From the NCBI RefSeq assembly GCF_006345805.1, contig NC_043001.1:19406001-19470000 (forward strand): a stretch of DNA of 64,000 nucleotides. Direction: 5' to 3'. Numbering within the stretch: position 1 is the first letter of the stretch; the number at the start of each line of letters is the position of its first letter. The notes beneath the pieces are model-generated. The model was given only the letters and a program-made list of their open reading frames with translations, ran no database searches and had not been told where the DNA came from. The translations under genes and the position numbers were made by a program. The DNA comes from Octopus sinensis (taxonomy: Eukaryota). Shown piece after piece: positions 38,481 through 51,032 of the stretch.

Positions 38481-39067
38481 AAGACTTATGTCGACATAGT
38501 CTTTTCCTTCCTAGTCGTACTTCCACATTCATGAGAAGTTAGATTTCATTCCCCAGATATTTTTTACCTACACGCCATTTGAACTGGCTTTCCCGGTCTT
38601 TTTTAAGCTATCTGCTACCATAAATAATCAACTTTCCAGTTACGATGGGCTGTTATTAAGATAAAATACAAATTAACAGTAAGGGAACACCACTGTCGAT
38701 ACAATAAAAGGAGTTTTTTTATCATTTATCTTCATTCATTAAGGCGTAGAATTCACTGAACACTTATAGGCAGGGCTTTAAAAAAATCAAATAAATATGA
38801 CAAACCCTCATATAAAAACTATTTACCCTTTTTTTTATTTTTATTTTTATTTTTTCAGACTCAATTTGACTGCAAATCAAAGATGGCGATATCAATCCCT
38901 TGTCAAAAGAAGAAAAAAAACACTAAGAAACACGTAAATTTTTTAAATGTAAAAAGAAAAATCCTTCATATTTACGGTCCGTCAATTCTTTTTATCTGAA
39001 TTTAGTAAATTTCTCTAGCAATAGTCTGTGGGGGTGGGGGCTTGTGTGTGTGTTCAAATATTTGTTT

Positions 39068-39457
39068 GTGGAGGCGCAATGGCCCAGTGGTTAGAGCAGC
39101 GGACTCGTGGTCGTAGGATCGCGGTTTCGATTCCCAGACCGGGCGTTGTGAGTGTTTATTGAGCGAAAACACCTAAAGCTCCACGAGGCTCCGGCAGGGA
39201 TGGCGGTGATCCCTGCTGTACTCTTTCACCACAACTTTCTCTCACTCTTACTTCCTGTTTCTGTTGTACCTGTATTTCAAAGGGCCGGCCTTGTCACTCT
39301 CTGTGTCACGCTGAATGTCCCCGAGAACTGCGTTAAGGGTGCACGTGTCTGTGGAGTGCTCAGCCACTTACACGTTAATTTCACAAGCAGGCTGTTCCGT
39401 TGATCGGATCAGCCGGAACCCTCGTCGTCGGAACCGGCGGAGTGCTTCCATTCCATC
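39068..39457 (+). mobile_element. SINE family B, full length
   Basis: tRNA-like head with A and B boxes; 12-bp TSD caaatatttgtt (39055-66, 39458-69). Confidence 0.92.
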
Positions 39458-40226
39458 CAAATATTTGTTCGTATATTTAAGATCGAATCAGCAAGCAAGC
39501 GAATAATTTACTAAAAAAAATTAATAGATGACTAATGAATAAATGTTCAAAGTTCATTAACGGAATAGTGCAAACAATCAGAATTTGGTGAGGTGCGGTT
39601 ATGTACTGCCGAGCAATGGTTAGAAATAACGATCGTTTGTAACCCATCGCATGGTACCATGTACGAACATTGGAGTGGAGTCCATTATGGCGCAACGCTT
39701 AGTGTTCATAATAGTTTATGTAAAGCTTGTACAGACAACGCGCAGCCATACAACAAAATGGCGTAATCCGCTTTATCTCGATTAATGTTTCGTCGTTTGG
39801 TAGTCGAAGAGTGAAACGCCTCTGAGATACACCGTTTCATAAAAGGTTTTGCCTCATTTCAGTAGACTCCATACAGAAAGTTCATAACAATTTATGTCTC
39901 ATTGTAGGTTAGCAAGTACCGACATTGCTTGGCCGTACGGAGAGTTAAGAGATTGCATACCAATGTAAAACGAGTTGTCGGTTCGTTGGAGTGCAGTTAA
40001 TGTGAAAAGTTGGACTTTCTAGGAGTTGTAATATAAGTGGAGAAGGAATTGGAAGGGAAAATTATGGAGGAGAGTAATTAGACGAGTGGAAGAAAGTGTT
40101 GTATTGTCGTTCCCCAGATGATGTTGTTGTTGAAAAAAAAACTGGATGGTATGTCACCACGGGTTTGAAAGAAAACTACGAGGGAGTTTTGTAGGTTAGA
40201 GAAGGAAAAGTAAGCGTTTTGGATAT

Positions 40227-40810
40227 AATACAAGAGTAAAAAATAACATTAAAGCATTTTAACGTGAATGCAATTGTAGATACACAAACATCTCTCTTCT
40301 GGGTAACAAATGCCCCGAAAAGAATCTGGTTTGGAGAGTCAATAGACACCAACAGGACGAAAAAATATTCAAGATTTGATGCGCCCAGTGCACCTCGTGT
40401 AGACACAGAAAAGAGTGTAGTGATGTAATTGGAATCCTTCTGGGACAGGGATGTACTTGAAGACTTGGAGTTTGACAGACATTTTATGTGGACAGAGGAA
40501 AGTATCACTCTCTTAGAGAGACATTATTAAGAAGGTTTTGTTGTGTTTTTTTTCTTTCGCTTAAATCGCACTTGCAGCTTTGTCTATTTACTTTTTTTCC
40601 TTTTGCCTTTTCTATCTGATACTTACTTTGCTCCTTTAGGTTCCAGATGAACTAAGATAATAAAGTACAACTACACTGTTTTCTGTATCTACACGAGGTG
40701 CGCTGTGCGCATCAAATTTCGGGGCATTTGTTACCCAGAAGAGAAATGTTTGTGTATCTACAATTGCATTCATGTTAAAATGTTTTAATGTTATTTTTTA
40801 CTCTTGTATT
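40227..40810. mobile_element. foldback/MITE-like element with long inverted arms
   Basis: 40227-40421 is the reverse complement of 40670-40810 apart from a ~55 bp extra block in the left arm. Confidence 0.7.
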
Positions 40811-40819
40811 TCACTTTCC

Positions 40820-42260
40820 GTGATTTCATTTGCCTAAATAACTATAATTAACTTTAATAGTTGTCCGACAGAGGATTTTGTAGTATTTGTGGACTGTAGT
40901 AGAGGCATGAAACTTTTAGTAAAATTATTACAATATGAAGTGCGGTTTTGTCAAATAAACTCTTATCTAAAGATAAATTAAAGACTCGTCTATTAATGTT
41001 AATTGTGATAAGATTAAGGATTTATCTAACAAATTTCCTTGCTTGATTAATGGAATGGGCAGTATTTGCCAGTGTGTAAATTCATTATGATATCTACTTT
41101 TAGATTTGTGTTAATTGTTATTCTAACTAACCACATATTTTAATTAGCTTTTCATTCGCTTCTATTTTTATCCATGTCATATCTTTTTCTATTATACTTT
41201 ATCCTTAAACTATTATCTTTATATAGTTTTATGTTGGTTTCCATTACTTATGAATATGTTTAGAAAATACAGATCCTCTTGCTCTACTATTTCCATCTCT
41301 TCAAAACTATTCATAGATACATTAAAGGGTTCCTCTCCATTACTCTTTAACCACAAAGGATAATTGTAAAACAATAGCTATTTTCCGGTATTCCCATCGC
41401 CTCTCTTACACGACTTGCCGAACTCTATAGCTTAGCAATCTACTGAAGTGTATGAAGCTACAGTTAGCTTCATACACTTCATAATTGGACCATTTAACAG
41501 CAGAACTACTACACTTCCATTACTTTGAAGTGGTGGCTGACCCAGTTCATCGGTAAACAGAACCTAATATATTTTGTTTGTTGCTTGTTCCTTCTCGAGC
41601 CATCCCTGGCTCAAAAGGGCCGGTTTCCCGGCTTCCTTGGTATATAGGTTCCCCACCTGGACGGGACGCCGGTCCGTCGCAGGTGAGTTGCAAGATGCAG
41701 GAGGAAAGAGTGAGAGAAAGTTGTGGCGAAAGAATCAGCAGAAGTTCGCCATTACCTTCTGCCGGAGCCGCGTGGAGCTTAGGTGTTTCGCTCATAAACA
41801 CACACATCACCCGGTCTGAGATTCGAACCCGCGATTCCTCGACCGCAAGTCCGCTGCTCTAACCACTAGGCCATGTGCCTCCACTGTATGTATGTATGTA
41901 TGTATGTATGTATGTATGTATGTATGTATGTATATGTATGTATGTATGTATGTTTGGATGTATGTAACTGTGTGTGTGTGTATGTATGTATCCTCAATAA
42001 AATATTCCAGACACATGTCCCTTATTGCCCGGTCTGAGATTCGAACCCGCCATCCCTCGACCATGAGTCCGCTGCTCTAACCACAATTTGTAATTCACTT
42101 TCCATGGTGTTTATTATTCTACATTTTTAGGGTTTGGGGTGAAGTTCTTTTTGCATTGTTTCAATGATATGTATAGTTTGCATTGGTTGAACCGTTCTAT
42201 GCGGTCTTCTAATTTTAATTGTGTAACCAGATGCTTTGCTTCATTGTTTACTTATAAACA
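40820..42260 (-). mobile_element. old PLE-B RT, split by SINE insertions
   Basis: EAKHLVTQLKLEDRIER...YISLK..KKNFTPNPKCRIINT..SELQIV (RT N-terminus), W.K....FNVSMNSF.E.EI, LRITINTNLKV..MNLHTGKYCPF, INRRVFNLS.DK.LFDK. Confidence 0.75.
41576..41884 (-). mobile_element. SINE with family B-like head/body and V-domain-like 3' part
   Basis: gtggaggcacatggcctagtgg head, body as family B, then cctgcgacggaccggcgtcccgtccagg. V-SINE core resemblance is from recall. Confidence 0.8.
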
Positions 42261-42469
42261 ATGAACTAACTTGTACGTTCAGGGGTGAATCATTTCGAAT
42301 GTAACAGGACCTTAGTGTTCAAGATAGTGATCATACATATATGCGCTTATCCATGTATACATATATGCACACACTCATACGCACATATACACACATACCC
42401 ATACACACACACACACACACTTTGACACACACACTTTCACACACACGTACACATAGTCTAAAGCCGCTT

Positions 42470-43090
42470 TGTTATATTCTATTCTTTAAATGATCCGGAA
42501 GGAAGAGGTGTGACTGTAAAATTTACTTTGAACGTCTTTTCTGTCATACCATAGCAGCGCTTTATATCTGTTGATTTAAACTTAGCTTTGTATAGTATTG
42601 CCTTTTCATCAAAGGATCCATTCAGTAAGCATATTATGCTGTTTCTACATGCAATAAGCAACTAATTTCAATGTAGTATAGGCTTAAATGATATGATTTT
42701 ATCCATGTAAATAGTACAGCTGAAATTACATCTATATCTTTGGCTTAAAAGAAATTGCTTATCTATTTAACTTAGGAATGTTTCCGTTATGTTTGACTCA
42801 ATTTTAAGCGAACAGAGAGTTATGTGAACTATTAAGATGCATTTTCGCTTTTGGGGTTGAGGGTATAGTGTATTTCATCTTTCAGTCAGCTAAAGTGTCG
42901 TTATAGTAAGGGGTTGCTCCATCAAAAATAGTTTTATTAGAGAACAGATTGAAGATCCTGTTACTTATGTTATTGAATAGGTTCTTGTATGCTAAAGTGG
43001 GTGGTATAAAATTGTAGTTATGTAAGTAAGCTTTTTATTTGGTGCTCTGAAAAGCTCTTCTTTTTATCTCTTTTATTGAACTGTAACACT
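42470..43090 (-). mobile_element. PLE-B 3' relic (linker + start of GIY-YIG)
   Basis: PPTL.YKNLFNNISNRIFNL.SNKTIFDGATPYYN and CRNSIICLLNG..DEKAILYKAK......CYGMTEKTFK. Confidence 0.75.
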
Positions 43091-43585
43091 TTCCAAACAT
43101 TCACTTCACAACCTCCTTAAAGCTAGGAACTTTTCAGCACCCCATTGTGTGTGTGTGTGTTTGTGTGTGTGTGGGGGTAGGGTTCTGACTGGGGTTTTTT
43201 TTTGTGTCACCTTCCGATATATGTATTGCGATTTTAAACATAGTTCGTCCAAAACAGATATTATCTCGGACGAATACCGCAGTAACTTGTCTAAATTTGC
43301 CCTGTTTCTATATTTACTACGTAGGTTACATATATTACATCGTAGCTTGAGTACCGTGTGGACTGAGATCTCCGTTGACAGGTCGCTGACATTGAAATAA
43401 AGCATTAAACATTTATGGTATACAAATTAGTAGTTTCAGTTCTCCGCAGCCACTGAATTTGTCAAGAATACAAACAGATTGGCTACTCATTTGTCTGACA
43501 TTGGTCAAGTGATGTAAATACCTCTGATGAGAACCGATTAAGGCTATATATGCATCAGTTGGTTTTTTCTACCTCCGAAGAATTA

Positions 43586-44098
43586 CCATAAATCCTCCTT
43601 CTCTTCCACCGCATTTTTTCCCCAAAATTTAAAGGTCAAAATCTCTAGTGCGTATTATATACGAGGTTAAAAATGAAAAATATTTTCTAAGCAATGTCCG
43701 AGTCTCTATTTGCAGTCCGGCAATGTTTATTCAGACGCATTTTGTGATGTCGGCGCGAAAATACCTTAAGCTAAGCCTGAAAGCAATGAAGTCATAAAAG
43801 AATCATCCATAACTTGCAATAAGCAACATTTATTAAACGTTATTACTGTTATTTCTTTATTTTCTGCAAACAAAATGCACAAAAAAGCTACACGTTTGCA
43901 TTATGTTATATATACATTAATAATAAAGTACGTTACCGTATACAGTTTTACAAACCAAGGGCGTTATATAGACCTCCTCGACTCAAGTTAGAGAAGAGGT
44001 GCGTATTATACACAAGGTTTAGGTTTTTCAGAGGTACAGCCCCCTAAAAATCCTCTGCGTATTATACTCAAGAGCGGACTATAGTCGAGGATTTACGG
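43586..44098 (-). mobile_element. pogo-type MITE, full copy
   Basis: Reverse complement of 26384-26895; ends gaggatttacgg|ta. Confidence 0.8.
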
Positions 44099-44795
44099 TA
44101 GTAAATTTGCTCAGTTTGTATAACTACTGAGTAAGTTGCATAGATTAAGTATGATACATACACAGCTATTTGTTAAGCACACACATATCTTTCTATGCAA
44201 TAATACCTCACTTTACGATGACTCACTTTACGAGATTCCGGGTTTACAAATAAATTATATTACTCAGCTCACTTTTCTACGGTGAGCTGGAATTTTTCAA
44301 GCAAAAGTTCCAAATTTTGAACGAAGGGCACAAGATTCTGCTACCATAACAAATGCTTCTGCGTGTTACCGAAGAATTTATGGCGAGCGAAGAAAATCTT
44401 CAAAGCAAACAACTCTAGAATTGTTTTTAATGTTAAAAAAAAAATCTACAAGTCCGTCTACGAGTGCTTGTGAATCGGTGACCACGTCTACAAGTGATGG
44501 TGTGCGCGTGTCTAGTGCAAATGAAAGTGATTCAGAAAACGATTATAATATTTTTTATTATAAATGATCTTGACATTCTTTTTACTTTACATTCTGCCGT
44601 TGTTTTATTGCCATTTATTTACGAATATTATAAATTTCATTGGTAAAATATTTTTCTGGGAACGAATTATGATTTATTACATTGCTATTATGGGGAATTA
44701 TTGCTCTGCTTTACGAGTTTTTTCTTTACAAGCTGTCTCCGGGAACGCATTAACTCGTATGTCGAGGCATTATTGTATATCAGTTTATCAATCTA

Positions 44796-44919
44796 CAGGG
44801 TGTCCACAAAGTCTGGGTACATGGAGTAAATAAAATCATAACATAAAGAATTAAATATAAGAAATAATTTCTTGAAGTATGTGTTAGTCCCCATGTACCT
44901 AGACTTTGTGGACACCCTG
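44796..44919. mobile_element. 124-bp Tc1/mariner MITE
   Basis: TA|cagggtgtccacaaagtctgggtacatgg ... ccatgtacctagactttgtggacaccctg|TA. Confidence 0.88.
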
Positions 44920-45189
44920 TATTTATCTATCTAATTTTTCTGCTGGACTATATAAGGTATTTGCTGCCCTCATTTCATGGGACACACACTTTGGTGCTGG
45001 TGGTGCAATAAAATAGTAGTATTTTTTATAATAAGTAGTTGGTGGTAGAAAAGGCATCCGGCCTTAGAACAAGTTAAAATAGAACAGTCAAGTGAGATGC
45101 GGACTCTACAAGCCACATCGCAGGTTATCCATTCAAGAGAGCAATAACTCTCAATATAAACTGAATACATGATAGACGAAACTCTTTAG

Positions 45190-45215
45190 TCTCTCACTCT
45201 CACTCTCTCTCACTC

Positions 45216-45273
<58 letters not shown>

Positions 45274-45280
45274 TCTCTCT
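45190..45280. repeat. (CTCACT)n/(CT)n microsatellite
   Basis: Direct reading. Confidence 0.9.
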
Positions 45281-45389
45281 CGCGTACGACAATCTTGTCT
45301 AGTGCTGTAAGAACGACAAATATATTACCCAGTTCACATTTTGCTTGGTGGCATTTGAGCACTAACGATTCTGCCAGCTCGTCACCTTC

Positions 45390-45412
45390 TATGATGATGA
45401 CGATGATGATGG

Positions 45413-45451
<39 letters not shown>

Positions 45452-45632
45452 CGATGACGATGACGACGACGAGGAGGAGGAGGAGGAGGAGGAAGAGATG
45501 GGCGGAAGAGGAAGGAGGAGGAGAACGAAGAAGAGGGGAAGAGGAGAGGAGAGGAGGAGGAAGAGGTGGGCGGAAGAGGAGTACGACGACGACGACGAAG
45601 AAGAAGAAGAAGAAGAAGAAGACGAGGAGGAG
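45390..45632. repeat. compound trinucleotide tract (GAT)n(GAC)n(GAG)n(GAA)n
   Basis: Direct reading. Confidence 0.9.
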
Positions 45633-46057
45633 AATATCCTGCCGAATTCGATTTCAACTGTCAACTTTAAAGTGTCGACAAGATGAACAGTACTGGTCAG
45701 TAGTAAGGCCGATTTAATCCACTGCACTTCTACTCTAAAAAATTTTGTGACCTTTTGCCAATGCTACAAATCAATAGTTATATTCTTGTTGTCATCACCA
45801 ATCTTCATTGGCGCGAAAAATGGCTCCAAACAAGTCTGTAAACTTGATTATGAAGTCTTATCACCGCCATTGAACTCTTGGCAAAGTCATTCATAATGCG
45901 AGTAATTAAAGGGAGATAACTAAGACTTTTCAACGAATGGATCTTCCAACACGCTATTTTTAAAGAGCCTATACGGTCGCTAGAAATAGCAGCAAAATCT
46001 CCCTCAAATCAGGTTCTGCTGTAATTAAAACAAAAAACACAATGGATTATAAGAGTG

Positions 46058-46145
46058 GGATCTTTTCAGTTTGAAAGCCAGATTTTCCTAGTTAACTAAA
46101 CAATTTGAAACTTCGTATACTGGTAGAATGTGTCAGAAAAGATCC
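46058..46145 (+). mobile_element. 5' fragment of the GGATC-ended MITE
   Basis: ggatcttttcagtttgaaag...gaaacttcgtatactggtagaatgtgtc. Confidence 0.65.
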
Positions 46146-46405
46146 TAAGAGTGCTAGAAACGCCTAACTAGAGAAAAAGACAAGATCGTTGTGAATAAAA
46201 TGCCTTTGTTGTGCAGTCCAAGATGCGTTGAGACTAACCGACAACAACAGCAACAACAACAAAACGGGAAAATCAATAAAATAAGCTGTACGTAGCGCGT
46301 AGTGGGTTTTGCTCAGCCAACTGTTCGACTGTTACAGCTTACGAAAATAGTCAGCGTTTAATAATGTAAGGGAGACTACTCTCATACTTCTACTGTGGCT
46401 TTTCC

Positions 46406-47232
46406 CAGCGAGTTGGTGGAATCGTTAGCAAGCCAGGCGAAATGCTTATCGGTATTTCGTCTACTGTTATGTTGTGAGTTCAAATTCTGCCGAGGTTGAT
46501 TTTGCCTTTCATCCTTTCGGGGTCGATAAATTAAGTATCAGTTAAGCACTGGGGTCGGTGTAATCGACTTAATCCCTTTGTCTGTCCTTGTTTGTTCCTT
46601 CTATGTTTAGCCCCTTGTGGGTAATAAAGAAATAGGTATTTCGTATGCCGCTACGTTCTGAGTTCAAATTCTGCCGAGGTTGAATTTGCCTTTCATCCTT
46701 TCGGGGTGGATAAATCACCAGTTAAGCACTGCGGTCGATGTAATCGACTCAATCCGTTTGTCTGTCCTTGTTTATCACCTCTGTGTTTAACCCCTTGTGG
46801 GTAGTAAAGAAATAGATATTTCGCTTGAGTTTACATTTTAAAAGGCGGCAAGCTGGCAGAGTCGTTAGCACGCCGGGCAAAATGCTTAGCGGTATTTCGT
46901 CTGCCGTTACGTTCTGAGTTCAAGTTCCGCTGAGGTCGACTTTGCCTTTCATCCTTTTGGGGTCGATAAATTAAGCACCAGTTACGCACTAGGGTCGATA
47001 TCCGTTTGTCTGTCCTTGTTTGTCCTCTCTGTGTTTAGCCCCTTGTGGATAGTAAAGAAATAGGTATTTCGTCTGCCGTTACGTTCTGAGTTCAAATTCC
47101 GCAGAGGTCGACTTTGCCTTTCACCCTTCCGGGGTCGATTAAATAAGTACCAGTTACGCACTGGGGTCGATGTAATCTGTCCTTGTTTGTCCCCTCTATG
47201 TTTAGCCCCTTGTGGGCAATAATAAAGAAATA
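46406..47232 (+). mobile_element. SINE A tandem cluster (two dimers, four units)
   Basis: Units at about 46406, 46635, 46844 and 47064; truncated units start at ggtatttcgt right after the tail. Confidence 0.9.
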
Positions 47233-47313
47233 AGTATTTTGCTTGGAGTAAATTGTTCTCTTTAAATTGCTTTATTCTAAATTTCACTTCAAATAATTCA
47301 ATAATCTATAGAT

Positions 47314-47737
47314 GCAGGCGTGGCTGTGTGGTAAGAAGTTTGCTTCTCAGCCACATGGTTCCAGGTTCAGTCTCACTGCGTGGCACCTTGGGTAAATGTC
47401 TTCAGTTTATAGTCTCGGGTCGACCAAAATCTTATAAGTGGATTTAGTAGACGGAAACTGAAAGAAGCCCTTCCTATATATAATGTGTGTGTGCATGTGT
47501 GTGTGTGTGCATATGTGTGTGTGTGTGTGTGTGTGTGCTTTTGTATTTGTGTTTGTCTCCCACTTCCGCTTGACAACCGGTGTTGGTGTGTTTACATCCC
47601 TGTAAGTTAACGATTCGGCAAGAGACCGATAGTATAAATACCAGGCTTTGAAAAATAAATACTGGGGTCGATTCATTCGAATACGAATTCTTCAAGGCGG
47701 TGCCCTAGCATGGCCGCAGTCTAATGACTGAAGTAAG
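47314..47737 (+). mobile_element. SINE C, full length
   Basis: Consensus match. Confidence 0.85.
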
Positions 47738-47982
47738 TTCCTTCCCGAGTCATACAGACTCGTAGCGCCAGTTTCCCAGTTTCCCATGATTTATAAATTC
47801 CCCACTTGGACGGGACGCCAGTCCGTCGCAGGATTACTCATTTTTGCCTGCGGAGTGCACTGGAGCAACGTGAAATGAAGTGTTTTGCTCAAGAACACAA
47901 CGCATCGCCCGGTCCAAGAATCGAAACCGCATTCTCACGATCATGGGGCCAACACCCTAACCACGAAGCCACGCGCCTCCAC
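47738..47982 (-). mobile_element. SINE with tRNA head + CORE-like + V-like domains
   Basis: gtggaggcgcgtggcttcgtgg head; gcgttgtgttcttgagcaaaacacttcatttcac; cctgcgacggactggcgtcccgtcca. Confidence 0.75.
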
Positions 47983-48846
47983 AAAATAATGATGATAATG
48001 CATAATTTGATAAAAGATAAATTTTGTCAATTTTGTAATAAATTATTATAAAAATGAAATATTTCATTTATAATCGTAAAGTTTCAAGTTTTATCTCAAA
48101 ACAATCAATTTCAGTGGGAGGGAGGCTAGTCAATTCATCAGCCCCAGGGGCCCTTATCTTATTAACCCTGAAAGGTTAAAAGGTAAAGTCGTACACGGCG
48201 CACAAAAGAAATAGAGATAAGTATTTTGCCTGACACTAACAATTCTGACAGTTCATTGCTTTAATTTATAAACAATAATATATCATCATCGAGCTCTTAT
48301 AACTTGACACAAGATGTAAGATGGGGTGGTGATGTGCTGTGTATTGCGTATCATACTAACTTCTTTGTATTTCTAGGGTCTGTGCAAGCCAAGAAGGGAA
48401 CAGCAGTGTAACTAGAGAGTGTGCCACCCAGGGAAGCCCTTAGGTTTGCTGCATTCTCCTCTCCCTTGTCCCTATACAGGAGACCCAAAACTATCACCCC
48501 CGTAAAAGTGGATGGACTGCTCCATATTGCCCCACCATGGCTGTGTCACTGAGACAAAGCCTCAACATGGTGACTCAATAAGCTAGAAAAAATGACCAAA
48601 TTTCCCTGAAATTACACTGCCGAGATACTTCTGATTGAAAATTTAAAGAAAAAAACATGATGGTCGTGGTTGGAACACCTTTGACAATAGATGTAGACTG
48701 AACTAGGGTTAAACGCCACCAACAATAAAATCCACTACAATGACTTGTATATAGTTTGCCAATCTTAATACTTAAATATGCAACATTGACCTTAGAAACA
48801 TCTAAATTCAGATCACAAAGAGAAAATGTAAATACAAGCAGTGACG

Positions 48847-49029
48847 TTAAACCCTCCCGTTCTGAAATGCTAAGTACAAGATGCGAGTCTTATCAATATT
48901 GATGACTGTGTCTGAACATTTCATCTGACGTTTTAGAACAGGCTCACCAAGGGAGACAACTGAAAGGGTTTGTAACAGGGAGAGCATCTGGTCATGAGAC
49001 ACTGTGTCAGTGAAATCTATCCAGGCCAA
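48847..49029 (-). mobile_element. decayed RT fragment of a restriction-like-endonuclease retrotransposon (R4/Dong-like)
   Basis: MAWIDF.D.VSH..M resembles MAWIDYKKAYDSVPH; only one motif region. Confidence 0.4.
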
Positions 49030-49360
49030 GCCAAGTGGGGGTAGACAGAGGAGGAGGAGGAAGAGGAGGAAGGGGAAGGGGAGGAAGAGGAAGGGGAGGA
49101 AGAGGAAGAGGGGTCGGAAGAAGAAGAAGAGGAAGAGGAGGAAGAAGAGGAGGAAGGGGAGTAAGAGGAAGGGGAGTAAGAGGGGTCGGAAGAAGGAGAG
49201 GAGTAAAAGGAGGAAGAAGAGGAGTAAGGGGAGTAAGAGGGGTCGGAAGAAGAAGAGGAGTAAGAGGAGGAAGAAGAGGAGTAAGGGGAGTAAGAGGAAG
49301 AGGAGGAGAAAGAAGAAGAAGAAGAAGAGGAGGAGGAGGAGGAGGAGGAAGAGGAGGTCA
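49028..49360. repeat. polypurine (GAG/GAA)n minisatellite
   Basis: Recurrent gaagaagaggagtaaggggagtaagaggggtcg units. Confidence 0.9.
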
Positions 49361-50069
49361 TCACCATAGTTATGTAATAAAACTAAAAAATTAGTGTTAT
49401 AAAACTAACAAGAGATACTTTTTATGCCGGTGGTTCTCAACCTGAATTCCGCAAAGGTAGCACTGGTGGGGCCGTGAACTAAATTCAAAATTTCCAACAT
49501 ATAATACATACATGGTGGCTGCCCCCTCGTTATCGAGTATGGCCATTGCACGAAGTTTAATCAATGTCGTTATCGTGCAATGCCTGTGCAAGAAGATTTT
49601 TTTAAAGTGAGGAAAGGCTGTGCACTGAGTCAATCCCACTCACTAAGCAACAGCAGCCATAATCCGAAAAGAAGAACAAGTCAGCATCATCGGTAACCAC
49701 TGAGCCGCAGGTTTTACGTCGGAGTTATCCCAGTTACCTGAGTTACCTTCTCCTAGAAGGATACCCTAACAAAGGCTAGGAGTCCTTCACTCCCAATGGT
49801 TTAACCACGCGATCGGGTATTCAGTCCGATTATTTCTATGTCCCCGCGCATGATACAGCCTTAAGACATTTATTGGATGGCCGTTGACTCTCAAGAGTTC
49901 CTCCGCCATTTGACGGGTTTTGTTTTTCATCCCGCAGGGTGTCCAATAAACACCCTCCTCACCAAGCATGTTTGGTGGGGTTGCCGGTTTAGTCGCCGAC
50001 GACCCGACCATGCAACAGGTAGTAATGGGTTACATGTTACCAGTAGCACTCGAAAGTGACCTGACATAA

Positions 50070-50082
50070 TGCATACATACAT

Positions 50083-50117
<35 letters not shown>

Positions 50118-50142
50118 TACATACATACATACATACATACAT

Positions 50143-50177
<35 letters not shown>

Positions 50178-50208
50178 TACATACATACATACATACACAC
50201 ACACACAT

Positions 50209-50248
<40 letters not shown>

Positions 50249-50392
50249 ACATACATACATACATACACACACACATACATACATACATACATACATACAT
50301 ACATACATACATACATACTACATACATACATACATACATACATACACACATACATACATATATGAATGCATACATACATACATGCATACATA
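50070..50392. repeat. (CATA)n/(CA)n microsatellite
   Basis: Direct reading. Confidence 0.95.
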
Positions 50393-50401
50393 AAGATAAG
50401 C

Positions 50402-50920
50402 AGTCCCATGAAAGGGAAGAATGCTACTGCTACTTAGCCCCAGGAAACATCTATTCCAGTTGGCTATGTGACACAAGCGTTCTGTGTCTTTAAGTTTTCA
50501 TCACTTTGTCGCGCTGCCACTGTATAAGTCTCTCTGCGAGATTTAGAAATGTAATATTTCTAATTTTATAGATCAGTGAATTTATTTCATTTGAAATTCT
50601 ATAAGTTTTTAAAGGCGAATAAGCATCGACAGCTAGCAAGCCAAACCACTCCAGACTGATGAAGAGCAATAACTCTGAAACTAGTCTGTGAGTGCTTGCT
50701 TTGCTGGGTGGAGGAGCTTATCTCCCCTGTTTGAAAACTTCAGGACACAGAACGCTTGTGTCACATAACCAACTGGAAACGATGTTTCCTGGGGCTTTTA
50801 ATTAGCAGTAGCAGTCTCCCCTTTCCTGGGACTACCACATTACGTTAGCAACAAACCATCACGTTATCCTGCTGCCACTGTATAAGTCTCTGAAAGATTT
50901 AGAAATGCAATATTTCTAAT
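50402..50920 (+). mobile_element. non-coding HHR-bearing element (retrozyme / PLE pseudo-LTR-like)
   Basis: IR arms 50402-50500 / 50732-50833; direct repeat 50513-50564 / 50871-50920; HHR at 50647-50694. Confidence 0.65.
50647..50694 (+). ncRNA. candidate type I hammerhead ribozyme
   Basis: CACTCCAGA CTGATGA AGAG CAATAA CTCT GAAA CTAG TC TGTGAGTG; intact core, palindromic ACTAGT, GUC triplet; stem I has one G-G mismatch and a bulge, extended by AGCAAG/CTTGCT. Confidence 0.6.
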
Positions 50921-51032
50921 AACTAAATACTGCTAGATATTTTGTCTGACATTTTAATGATTCTACCTGTCCACCAATATAACAATGGTTTCTAATTTAG
51001 CACAAGGCCAGCAAGTTTAAGGAAAGAGGCTC

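Noticed and set aside
39068-39140. tRNA-like sequences at SINE B heads (also 2613, 41810-41884, 42030-42085, 61090-61162)
   Set aside because: A and B boxes are present but the acceptor stem is not closed and the sequence continues into SINE bodies.
43524-43580. CTGATGA motif
   Set aside because: No hairpin followed by GAAA, so not an HHR.
45295-45727. Poly-Met/Arg/His/Ser ORFs
   Set aside because: Compound trinucleotide repeat.
46406-47232. Regularly repeated units resembling a CRISPR array
   Set aside because: Units are ~200 bp SINE A monomers with no unique spacers; eukaryotic context, no cas genes.
48370-48420. Possible micro-exon after ttctttgtatttctag
   Set aside because: Weak donor, no recognisable peptide and no partner exons.
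49004-49394. Protamine-like R/K-rich, G/R-rich and S-rich ORFs
   Set aside because: All frames of one polypurine minisatellite; no start context, splice signals or non-repetitive flank.
49700-50065. Possible 5' region of an RTE-type LINE
   Set aside because: Impression from recall only; no protein motif or second copy in the window.
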